A DNA stretch of 64,000 nucleotides from Spirochaetota bacterium (GTDB lineage: Bacteria > Spirochaetota > UBA6919 > CBDBPB01): NCBI GenBank assembly GCA_965208615.1, contig CBDBPB010000004.1:352001-416000 (forward strand). Reading direction: 5' to 3'. Each line of letters starts with the position of its first letter. Position 1 is the first letter of the stretch. A program made the translations under genes and the position numbers. The notes below the pieces were generated by a model, which worked only from the letters and a program-made list of their open reading frames with translations, did no database searches and was not told the origin of the DNA. Positions 32,944 through 42,606 of this stretch are shown piece after piece.

Positions 32944-33735
32944 TTATATATTATAGGATATTTTTTTTATCTCATTATAAACCAAAATAGGCGATGACTG
33001 TCTAAACTCAGCTATCTCTTTTAGTAGTTTAAATTCATTATCTGTCCAATATCTTTTTCTTACTGCCTCTGTTTCTCTTTCTCTTGTGTCTATAACATCT
33101 TTACCATTGTATTCTGAACTAATTCCTGTTAATGAAAAATAAGCAAAAGCAACTGGAATATACTTTGTAGATACCTTATATTTGACAATTGTTTTTACAA
33201 AAAAATCATAGTCCCCAGCAATCTTAAAAGACTCATCATATAAGCCGTATTTTAAAAATAACTCCCTTTTAATAAAGGAACTCGGATGAAAAATAGTTCT
33301 AATATATAAGTTAATATCATTAGTCTCTGTCCAAGCCTTAGCAAGAACTGGCTTCTTTATTACCCTATTATAAATATTACCTATACAATATAGGTCACCA
33401 TAAATAATATCTGCCGATAAACCCTTTGAAAATATTAGTTCTAATACCTTATCATCACATAAATAATCATCAGAATTTAAAAAGTACGTATACTCCCCAC
33501 TACTAAGGTTTATACCCTTATTCATAGCAGAGTAAATACCATTATCCTTCTCTGAGAGAGTAATATCAATTTTATCCCTATATTTATTAATAACATCCAT
33601 AGTTCCATCAGTGGATAAGCCATCAATAATTATATATTCATAGTCGGTAAATGTTTGATTTATTACGCTTAAAATTGACTTTTCAATCCAGTTTACAGAA
33701 TTAAGGCAAACTGTAATAATACTTAACTTTTTCAT
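32944..33735 (-). CDS. Family 2 glycosyltransferase (WcaE-like)
   Basis: SIITVCLN, DGLSTDGT, D.GIYSAMNKG, FLNSDD. Confidence 0.9.
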   Translation of the reverse strand: MKKLSIITVCLNSVNWIEKSILSVINQTFTDYEYIIIDGLSTDGTMDVINKYRDKIDITLSEKDNGIYSAMNKGINLSSGEYTYFLNSDDYLCDDKVLELIFSKGLSADIIYGDLYCIGNIYNRVIKKPVLAKAWTETNDINLYIRTIFHPSSFIKRELFLKYGLYDESFKIAGDYDFFVKTIVKYKVSTKYIPVAFAYFSLTGISSEYNGKDVIDTRERETEAVRKRYWTDNEFKLLKEIAEFRQSSPILVYNEIKKISYNI

Positions 33736-33753
33736 TATATATCTACTTAAAAT

Positions 33754-34699
33754 CTAGCACCTTTTATAATTATCTATAAACCATCTATAAGTTGACTCTA
33801 TACCCTTAATCAAGGATATTTTATATTTCCATCCAAGCTTGGAAAGCCTTGATACATCTAAAAGTTTTTGTTTAGTCCCGTCAGGCTTTGTTTTATCCCA
33901 AATTATATTACCTTTATAATCGACAATACCTTTAATTATCTCGGCCAATTCTTTAATAGACAGCTCCTTACCAGTTCCGATATTACAAAATATATTACCT
34001 TTTTCATTATCATCATCATTAGGATTAAAGCTGTCCATCAAATATAAGCAAGCATCAGCCATGTCATCAACGTGGAGGAACTCCCGCATTGGGCTACCAC
34101 TACCCCATAGCGTAATATTATCCAAATTATTGATCTTTGCATCGTGAAACTTTCTTATAAGAGCTGGAATAACGTGAGAACTTTCTAAATTAAAATTATC
34201 ATTAGGGCCATAAAGATTAGTAGCGCATACATGCAATAAAATTAGTACTATACTGCCTATTAAAGCTCTGACACATTTTAATACCCGCAATTTTAGCTAT
34301 GGCATAAGGCTCATTGCTAGGCTCTAATGGAGCAGTTAATAAATAGTTTTCTTTCATTGGCTGAGAACACTCTTTGGGATAAATACACGAAGAACCTAAA
34401 AATAATAACTTCTTAACCCCAACCCTATATGACCAATAAATAATATTATTTTGTATTTGTAGATTCTCATAAATAAAGTCAGCAGGATAAGTATTATTAG
34501 CCATTATACCACCAACCTTAGCCGCGGCTAAATATACATATTCAGGTTTATTATTTTTAAAAAAGCATTCAACGTCTTTTTGATTGGTTAAATCCAGCTC
34601 ATTATGTGTTCTATAAATAACATCAGTACATCCTAAGGCGTTTAGCCTTCTTAAAATAGCAGAGCCAACTAAACCCTTATGTCCTGCTATATAAATCAT
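33754..34699 (-). CDS. fcl: GDP-L-fucose synthase, frameshift-split near 34225
   Basis: [31 protein letters not shown]; then [22 protein letters not shown]. Confidence 0.92.
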
Positions 34700-35730
34700 T
34701 TACCCAACTTACAATAAGTATAGTCTGACTCAACCATAAGCTTAACAAGCTCTTTAAATTTCACTTTAGGCTCCCATCCCAAAAGCTTTTTAGCCTTAGT
34801 ATAATCACCTATTAGACAGTCCACCTCTGCAGGCCTAAAATAATTAGGATCAATTTTAATAATGGTTTTATTAGTTTTTCTATCCACACCTTTCTCATGA
34901 ATGCCTTTTCCATGCCATGCTATATCAAAATCAAGGTGACGGCAAACCTCTTCAACAAACTCTCTTACGCTATGAGTCTCACCAGTAGCCAAAACGAAAT
35001 CATCAGCACTATCATGTTGTAATATTTTCCACATACCATAAACATAATCCATAGCATAGCCCCAATCCCTTTTTGCATCAAGGTTTCCAAGGTGTAAGCA
35101 GTTATCAATACCTAGTTTTATACGGCTTAAGCCCATAGTAATTTTTTTAGTAACAAACGTCCTTCCACGCCTTGGGGACTCATGATTAAAAAGTATGCCA
35201 TTACTAGCAAAGATATTATAGCTTTCACGGTAATTTTTAGTAATATAAAACGAGAAAGCTTTTGCACAGGCATAAGGACTCCTTGGATTAAAAGGGGTAT
35301 TTTCTTTTTGAGGAGTCTCTAAAACTTCACCAAACAACTCCGACGACGATGCCTGATAGTATTTTGTTTTCATCCCTGTATCTTTAATGGCATCCAATAA
35401 TCTCAAAGCTCCTATTCCAACAACGTCAGAGGTATATTCAGGCAGTTTAAAGCTTACTGCAACATGGGATTGAGCCGCTAAATTATATATTTCATCAGGA
35501 TTTATACGTTCTAACAATCTGGATAGGTTTGAGCTATCCGTTAAGTCAGAATAGTGTAGAAATAGTGTTCTACCATTAATATGGGGATCTTGATAAAGGT
35601 GATCTATCCTATAAGTGTTAAAGTTAGAAGCAGGCCTAACAGTACCATGTACCTCATAGTCTTTTTTCAGCAGGAACTCTGCTAAATAAGAGCCATCTTG
35701 ACCAGTGATACCAGTAATAAGCGCTTTCAT
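34696..35730 (-). CDS. gmd: GDP-mannose 4,6-dehydratase
   Basis: [37 protein letters not shown]. Confidence 0.97.
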   Translation of the reverse strand: MKALITGITGQDGSYLAEFLLKKDYEVHGTVRPASNFNTYRIDHLYQDPHINGRTLFLHYSDLTDSSNLSRLLERINPDEIYNLAAQSHVAVSFKLPEYTSDVVGIGALRLLDAIKDTGMKTKYYQASSSELFGEVLETPQKENTPFNPRSPYACAKAFSFYITKNYRESYNIFASNGILFNHESPRRGRTFVTKKITMGLSRIKLGIDNCLHLGNLDAKRDWGYAMDYVYGMWKILQHDSADDFVLATGETHSVREFVEEVCRHLDFDIAWHGKGIHEKGVDRKTNKTIIKIDPNYFRPAEVDCLIGDYTKAKKLLGWEPKVKFKELVKLMVESDYTYCKLGK

Positions 35731-35743
35731 AGGTTATATAATA

Positions 35744-36067
35744 TTATAAATAAGCTTTTATTTTATCTTCAAAATGAGCTTTTGGCAAGGCACCTACTAC
35801 CTTATCCACGATTTCTCCATTTTTATAAAAGTAAAGGGTAGGTATACTATTTATGCCATAAGTTCCAGGAGTTTTAGGATTTTCATCTACATTTAGCTTA
35901 GTAATTTTAATTTTATCCCCGTACTCATTAGCCAGTTCTTCCAGAATAGGGGCAATCATCCTACACGGGGCACACCATTCAGCCCAAAAGTCAACTATAG
36001 TCAGCTTATCGGATTTTATTACTTCATTTTCGAAAGCATCATCTGAAATTTTAACAATATTTCCCAT
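35744..36067 (-). CDS. trxA: Thioredoxin
   Basis: DFWAEWCAPC, SIPT. Confidence 0.96.
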   Translation of the reverse strand: MGNIVKISDDAFENEVIKSDKLTIVDFWAEWCAPCRMIAPILEELANEYGDKIKITKLNVDENPKTPGTYGINSIPTLYFYKNGEIVDKVVGALPKAHFEDKIKAYL

Positions 36068-36261
36068 CTATACACCGCCTAATATTTAATTAAATAATTT
36101 ATCTTAGTTATTATACTACATAAAAATATACTGTAACAGTTTGAAAAAGTATTAAAAATACGTATTATAGTCAACTTTTTTAATAAAAATTGTGAACAAA
36201 ATAAAAAAAATAGTGAATACCTTTCCAAAGGAGGTATTAAGAAATGTTTTAGTAGTTTATT

Positions 36262-36905
36262 GTTACTAATTGTTTTAGTAGTGTAGCTCAAAAGTATTAT
36301 AAGGTAGTTTATCTATCTAAAGCTTAAAAAATAGAGATTATGAAGTTATAGAAAGTGTTTTGATGAAAGTTAAAAAGGCAGTGAAAGAGGTTTTTGACAA
36401 TGGGGATAGATATAAACATGTAGGTTTAGGTTTTGAGTCAGACGAGTAAGTATATTTATTTTTTTTTGTTAATGTTAAGGGGATATTATTTAATAATTCA
36501 GTTATCATTTTATGATAGATTTATGACAAAGTCTACAAGGTAAAAAGCAAGACATATAACGTAAAGGCAGATAGATTTTAGATTTCTTTATGGAACAGGA
36601 AAGTTAAGATATTTATGGAAAAGCTATTTTCTTGTCTCAAGCAGGTTATCCCGCTATGCTTTTTAAGTACTGCTTAAATACTTCAGCAATGAACACAAAA
36701 TATCACTTTTTATGCAAGTAGTCATCACTACGAGAGCTATTAAGAATCCCTTACTGAGACTAAGAATTATAGACCTTTATTAAGTGATAACGGATTTACC
36801 TTTCCACAAAGGCTTAGAGCAGATTATTTAAATATCACATATTGACTTTATATGTAAAGCCTCAAAAAGTATAGCTAATCCTATATGAGTAAATAACAAA
36901 TAAAA
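36262..36905. repeat. Intergenic repeat family A, copy 3 (core 36552-36855)
   Basis: Collinear with copy 1 from 5468; 3' flank shared with copy 2; one mismatch in the right IR (ACTTTATATGT). Confidence 0.95.
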
Positions 36906-37179
36906 AAATAATCCACTAAAACCTTCACTAACAAAATGCCTGATAAAACGTTTGTTAACGGTTTGTTATAAAGGCGTTCTATCAGTATACATTAAAATTC
37001 ATATACCAAATCAGTATTAAAAAAACTTGATGACAATATCCAATAGAATATTTGCTAACAAATTACAACAAAACCTTTTTTACCCTATCAAAGCTTATTA
37101 TTAAAAATTACTTTTAGTTTTAACTATAATTCTCCGACAAATCAAATTAATAATACAATAAGCAGTTCTAGGAGGAATA

Positions 37180-38034
37180 ATGGTAAGGGGTTTATATACC
37201 GGCGTTAGCGGAATGTTAGGTCAGTGGCATAAAATGAATGTTGTATCAAATAATCTGGCTAATATCAATACCACCGGCTTTAAACGTAATGAAACCATCT
37301 TTAAAGCATTCCCAGAAATGCTGATTAGACGCATAAACGATAACGGAGTAGTAAAAATACCAATAGGCTCATACGATGTTGCCCCTATTGTAGGTAAACT
37401 CGGTACTGGAGTTGAGTTAAACGAAATTATTACCAGACATGATCAAGGCTCAATAAGACAAACCAATAATGACTTTGACCTTGCCTTCTCTGGCAAAGGA
37501 TATTTCGTCATCAAAACCGATAACGGTGAAAAATATACAAGAAATGGAAGCTTTATAATAGATAGAAATGGCTTTTTAACCACCAAAGAAGGATTTAAAG
37601 TACAAGGCGAAAAAGGCGATATAAGAATTAAAACTAATAACTTTAAAGTTAATGAATTTGGAGAAATAATAGAAAATGCCGATTACCCATCCAAAGACCT
37701 AGGATTATTCGTTGATAAAAACGATAATGAGTGGTTATTTCCTCAAGTAGTCGATAAACTGAAAATAGTAAACTTCTACGACGAAAGACAACTAAATAAA
37801 CAGGGTAATAGCTATTATACTGCAACTCGTCATTCCGGTGAAGCAGAAATAAAAGAAATTGGCGAAGGTAGACCAAATGTATTACAAGGATTTATTGAAG
37901 GCTCTAACGTAAACCCTGTCAATGAAATGGTAAGAATGATCGAAGTGCAGAGAAGCTATGAAGCAAATCAAAAGGTCGTTACCGCTAATGATCAACTCTT
38001 AGGTAAAGCTGTAAACGAACTTCCAAGAATATAA
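37180..38034 (+). CDS. flgF: Flagellar basal-body rod protein FlgF (FlgG-like)
   Basis: SNNLANINTTGFK, YTRNGSF, EGSNVNPVNEMVRMI. Confidence 0.85.
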   Translation: MVRGLYTGVSGMLGQWHKMNVVSNNLANINTTGFKRNETIFKAFPEMLIRRINDNGVVKIPIGSYDVAPIVGKLGTGVELNEIITRHDQGSIRQTNNDFDLAFSGKGYFVIKTDNGEKYTRNGSFIIDRNGFLTTKEGFKVQGEKGDIRIKTNNFKVNEFGEIIENADYPSKDLGLFVDKNDNEWLFPQVVDKLKIVNFYDERQLNKQGNSYYTATRHSGEAEIKEIGEGRPNVLQGFIEGSNVNPVNEMVRMIEVQRSYEANQKVVTANDQLLGKAVNELPRI

Positions 38035-38055
38035 TAAAACGGAGGCTTAATAATT

Positions 38056-38859
38056 ATGATAAGATCACTATGGACTTCTGCCAGCGGTATGACAGCTCAA
38101 CAGCTTAATATCGATACTATATCAAATAACCTGTCAAACGTGAATACCACTGGATATAAAAAAGTAAGAGCCGATTTTGAAGACTTGATTTATCAAAATC
38201 TACGCCTGCCTGGTACACCCTCATCCATTAATACCGAGTATCCAACTGGTGTGCAAGTAGGCCTTGGTGTGAAACCTGCCTCTACTCAAAAATTATTCTC
38301 TCAGGGTACACCACAAAGAACCGAAAATAAACTCGATATTGCTATCTTCGGCGAGGGATTTGTTAAAGTAAGACTAAATGATGGTACTTTTGCATATACA
38401 AGAAATGGCTCCCTAAAAATAGATAGTAATGGTGATATAGTAACCTCTGATGGCTATTATATAGAGCCTCCACTAAGATTTGATTTGGACGTTTTACAGA
38501 ATAGCATTAATATATCAGAAAATGGAATGGTTAGCTATAAAACTGGTAGTATGCCTCCTGATGGACAAGCTAAAATAGCCGGAGAGCTTAAACTATATAG
38601 ATTCGTTAATCCAGCTGGACTAAAAAGTATTGGTAAAAACCTACTAAAAGAGTCTAGTGCAAGTGGACAAGAATTTGAAGGAATACCCGGTGAACAAGGC
38701 TTTGGTAAAGTACAACAGGGTTTTCTTGAGATGTCAAATGTGCAGATAGTAGAAGAAATGGTAAACATGATAGTTGCTCAAAGAGCCTATGAGTTCAATT
38801 CAAAGGCTATTCAAACGTCGGATTCTATGCTAGGTACTGCTGTTGCACTAAAGCGATAG
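38056..38859 (+). CDS. flgG: Flagellar distal rod protein FlgG
   Basis: MIRSLWTSASGM, FEDLIYQ, QVGLGV, EMSNVQIVEEMV..IVAQRAYE. Confidence 0.95.
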   Translation: MIRSLWTSASGMTAQQLNIDTISNNLSNVNTTGYKKVRADFEDLIYQNLRLPGTPSSINTEYPTGVQVGLGVKPASTQKLFSQGTPQRTENKLDIAIFGEGFVKVRLNDGTFAYTRNGSLKIDSNGDIVTSDGYYIEPPLRFDLDVLQNSINISENGMVSYKTGSMPPDGQAKIAGELKLYRFVNPAGLKSIGKNLLKESSASGQEFEGIPGEQGFGKVQQGFLEMSNVQIVEEMVNMIVAQRAYEFNSKAIQTSDSMLGTAVALKR

Positions 38860-38963
38860 AAAAGGCCTTTAACCATACATAAATATAATCTGTATAGATA
38901 AACATAAGAACGCTATTAAAAATGTAAAGCTATACCCAAATTAAAAGTTTAACGGTATGTATA

Positions 38964-39353
38964 ATGATCTCAATTAGTGATAAAATTCAATTAACTAATA
39001 ATAATATATCCACCTATAAAACTAAAGAAAAAATTAACAATATAAAAAACTTTGCTGATACGCTGAATAATGAAAAAGCTAAAATTAACAGCATTAATAA
39101 AACTAATCCTAATATCGATAAAAAGCTTATGAGTGTATGTTTAGAGTTTGAATCCATTTTAGTGAATCAAATGTTTAAGACTATGAGAAAAACTATTAAC
39201 AAGGATAAATCCCTTTTTAATGGCGGTCAAGCAGAAAAGATATTTGAGGATATGCTCTATGATAAATACTCCTTGCAAACTGTAAAAAATGCTGACTTTG
39301 GACTGGCTAAACAAATTTATAACCAATTAATAATAAAGTCCAACAATAAATAA
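38964..39353 (+). CDS. flgJ: FlgJ-like rod-binding protein (no muramidase domain)
   Basis: EFESILVNQMFKTMRKT...FEDML...GLAKQIYNQL. Confidence 0.85.
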   Translation: MISISDKIQLTNNNISTYKTKEKINNIKNFADTLNNEKAKINSINKTNPNIDKKLMSVCLEFESILVNQMFKTMRKTINKDKSLFNGGQAEKIFEDMLYDKYSLQTVKNADFGLAKQIYNQLIIKSNNK

Positions 39354-39509
39354 CTAAATATACTAATATGTCTGTCTTATAGCTTTAGGCCCTTTATGCT
39401 AAGTTATCTTTTTTCAAATAGATAAAATAGCTTAAAAAAATATGCTTATCTTTATAAAAATAACTGCCAACTTTATTATATATCTTACCTATGTTATAAG
39501 GGTTTATAA

Positions 39510-40427
39510 GTGGATAAAATATATAAATTTATCGTCTCTGATAAAAGTATCGGACAAAGAATTGATATATACCTAGATAAGCAGTTAAATATAATAACTA
39601 AAGGGAGTTCTAGGTCATTTGTACAAAAGTATTTTGATAGAGTATTAATTAATAGTAAAGTCAAAAAGAAAAACTACAAAATTAAGCCTAATGATATTAT
39701 CGAATTTAGCTTTCCTGAACCAGAACCTATTAACATAATACCTGAGAATATAGACTTTGAAACCGTATACGAAGATAATGATATTATAGTTGTTAATAAA
39801 CCTCCTGGATTAGTTGTACATCCTGCTAAAGGTAATAATACAGGTACTCTTTTGCACGGTATAATAGGTAAACTAAGGGGATTTGATCAAAATATTAGTT
39901 CTAGACCAGGAATTGTCCACAGACTCGATAAGGATACATCTGGATTAATGGTTATAGCAAAAAATATATATAGTCAAAGAGCTCTCGTTGAACTCTTTAA
40001 AAATAGAATGGTAGAAAAAAAGTACCATGCCCTTGTTAGAGGACTAACTCAACAAAATGGTAAAATTAACTCCCCTATTAAACGTCATAATATTTATAGA
40101 AAGAAGTTTACAGTATCAAACTCTGGTAAGCCCTCTTTAACATATTATAATGCAGTTAAATATTATTCTAAACATACCCTTTTAGAGGTAAAAATAGTTA
40201 CCGGCCGAACTCATCAAATTAGAGTTCATCTTACATCCATTGGATACCCAATAGTAGGGGATATAATCTATTCTAAACCAAAAAATGACTTTGAAAAAAC
40301 CTGTATGGCTCTTTGTGCAAAAGAGCTTTGTTTTAATCATCCAATAACAAATAAAAAAATGAGCTTTCAAATAGACCTTCCGCTTTTTTTTAAAAAAATG
40401 CTAAATGAACTAACAAATATTGAGTGA
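39510..40427 (+). CDS. rluD: RluA/RluD-family pseudouridine synthase
   Basis: S4 domain, NKPPGLVVHP, HRLDKDTSG, GRTHQIRVH. Confidence 0.9.
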   Translation: MDKIYKFIVSDKSIGQRIDIYLDKQLNIITKGSSRSFVQKYFDRVLINSKVKKKNYKIKPNDIIEFSFPEPEPINIIPENIDFETVYEDNDIIVVNKPPGLVVHPAKGNNTGTLLHGIIGKLRGFDQNISSRPGIVHRLDKDTSGLMVIAKNIYSQRALVELFKNRMVEKKYHALVRGLTQQNGKINSPIKRHNIYRKKFTVSNSGKPSLTYYNAVKYYSKHTLLEVKIVTGRTHQIRVHLTSIGYPIVGDIIYSKPKNDFEKTCMALCAKELCFNHPITNKKMSFQIDLPLFFKKMLNELTNIE

Positions 40428-40487
40428 TTTTTAAAAAAGTCGATTTATGATTATATTAAGCTAATAAGCATTATAAAAAGGTGTTGT

Positions 40488-42404
40488 ATGAAAAAAATAA
40501 TAGTTATTACAATTTTACTTATTTTAGCTCCTTTTAACCTTACAAACCCAAGCTTTAATAAAAATAATAAAACAGTATATAGCAGGTCTAATGCAAAAAT
40601 AGGCAGTGCTAAAAAACGATATAAAAGCTCCATAGGAATAATGAAGCTTTCCCAAATTAAAAGAGGTATGAAAGGATATGGTATAACAGTATTTAAAGGA
40701 CTTAAGCGTCAACGGTTTAATGTAAAAATTATCGGCATAATAAAAAATGAAAGTCCAAAAGGTAGCTTAATCTTAGCACGCTTTTCAGGCGGACCAATAA
40801 ATAAAGCCGGTGTAATCGCCGGGATGAGCGGTAGTCCTGTATACATTAAAAATAAGCTTATTGGTGCAGTATCCCACACATTCCCTAGTACCCTTGAGCC
40901 TATTGGTGCTATTAGACCAATTAATCAAATGTTAAAAATACTAACTTCTAAACAATATAATACGTCAAATAGGGCAATTAAATTCATCCCCCTTGAAACA
41001 ACACTAAGAAAAAAAATAGAAAGCTTAGACTCAGACTACTTTAGCAACTCTGATAAACCTAAAAACTTTAACTATACAACTAAATCTGGCAAAAAAGCTA
41101 AACTTATACCAATTAAAACTCCAATCTTTTTTAGCGGTATAGATAACCAAATCCTAGAACAAATGAGACCAGAAATGGAATCCTATGGATTAATCCCCAT
41201 AAACAGCGGTATTAGTGGTAAAGTTAAAGCAAATAAAAGAATATTAAGAACTCTAAAACCAGGGGATGCCGTTGGTATAACCTTAATTAGCGGGGATATG
41301 ATAGCTTCTCCAGTTGGTACTGTTACATATAAAAAAGGCAATAAAGTACTTATTTTCGGACATCCCTCTTTTTTTAAGGGTCCAATTAGTATGCCCATGA
41401 GTAGACAGTATATCCATACTGTTATTCCAACACGACGTATCTCTTTTAAGCTGTCTTCGTTTTTGTTTAACGTTGGACGAGTGTTTGAGGATAGAAGTGC
41501 TGGTGTAGCTGGTGAGCTTGGTATATTTGCTAAGGTTATCCCTGTTAACGTTGTATTACGGCATAGAAAACGTAAAGAGGTGTTTAACTACAAAATTGTA
41601 AAAGATAATATATTTTTCCCTAATCTCTTAGCGGCTGCAATCACACAGTCAGTATATAACTTAACTAATAAAGTGGGACATAATAGCATTAAATTTCGCT
41701 TTAACATAAAAGTTAAAAACCTTAAAACTAATACCATTAATACAATTACCACTAATGATCTCCTTACTGGTAATACTAGCAATAAAAACCTACTACAAGG
41801 ACTCCTTCAGCTAACCCTGCCACTACAAGCTATTATGTTTAATCCTTATGTTAAAACTGAAATACTAAGTGTTAAAGCCAATATAGAAGTAGTTGAAGGC
41901 TGGAAGGCATGCGAAATACTTAACATAAATATACTAAAAAATAAGATTAGGCCTGGTGATAAAATACCAGTATTAGTAACCCTAAGAAATTATAAAGGAT
42001 ATAAGTTTTATAAAAAACTGTTTATTAATGTGCCAACTAACCTTAATAATAATGTTGCTATTCTTGGAGTAGGTAGTGCAAAAAGTGAACTATCCTTGGA
42101 TAAAGCTATATCCATTGCCAAATATACTCCCAAAAACTATAAGCATTTAATTAAAATACTTAATCGTAATGATAGATTCAATGATCTGGCTATATGGCTT
42201 GACCTTCCACAAAGAGGACTAATCATAGAAGGTAAAGAACATCCTAATCTACCATCATCTATGCTATCCATTATGAAAAACGCTAAGGAACAAAAAACTC
42301 ATGGCATTTTTAATAGAATAACTAAGTATTATAGATCAAACTACTTAATTTATGGAGTCAAGGTTAAACGAATAAATATTGACCTAACTAATATAAATAA
42401 ATAA
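40488..42404 (+). CDS. Secreted SpoIVB (peptidase S55)-domain protein, permuted motif order
   Basis: Signal peptide; GVIAGMSGSPVY...LIGAVSH; GTVTY...IFGHP. Confidence 0.85.
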   Translation: MKKIIVITILLILAPFNLTNPSFNKNNKTVYSRSNAKIGSAKKRYKSSIGIMKLSQIKRGMKGYGITVFKGLKRQRFNVKIIGIIKNESPKGSLILARFSGGPINKAGVIAGMSGSPVYIKNKLIGAVSHTFPSTLEPIGAIRPINQMLKILTSKQYNTSNRAIKFIPLETTLRKKIESLDSDYFSNSDKPKNFNYTTKSGKKAKLIPIKTPIFFSGIDNQILEQMRPEMESYGLIPINSGISGKVKANKRILRTLKPGDAVGITLISGDMIASPVGTVTYKKGNKVLIFGHPSFFKGPISMPMSRQYIHTVIPTRRISFKLSSFLFNVGRVFEDRSAGVAGELGIFAKVIPVNVVLRHRKRKEVFNYKIVKDNIFFPNLLAAAITQSVYNLTNKVGHNSIKFRFNIKVKNLKTNTINTITTNDLLTGNTSNKNLLQGLLQLTLPLQAIMFNPYVKTEILSVKANIEVVEGWKACEILNINILKNKIRPGDKIPVLVTLRNYKGYKFYKKLFINVPTNLNNNVAILGVGSAKSELSLDKAISIAKYTPKNYKHLIKILNRNDRFNDLAIWLDLPQRGLIIEGKEHPNLPSSMLSIMKNAKEQKTHGIFNRITKYYRSNYLIYGVKVKRINIDLTNINK

Positions 42405-42606
42405 TATTAAAATAGCTCTAATTGTTGTGTTATAAATACCATCCCTTGATTATATAAATAAATGTTACGATATGGTATATTAAATTTGTTAACTACTATA
42501 ACGATAATTATATTTTAAAATATTATTTATATAAAGCGGGTAATTTTTAATAACACTATGTTAAAACATCTAAAACTAGATAAGATATAATGTTAAGGGT
42601 AATCTA

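Noticed and set aside
641-34699. Many split genes (amidinotransferase, fliL-like, rnfG-like, exbB-like, clpC, clpX-like, fcl) as genome decay or programmed frameshifting
   Set aside because: Breaks look like single-base indels, several in homopolymers, in otherwise well-conserved genes. This is the typical signature of long-read consensus errors; short-read polishing is needed before any claim.
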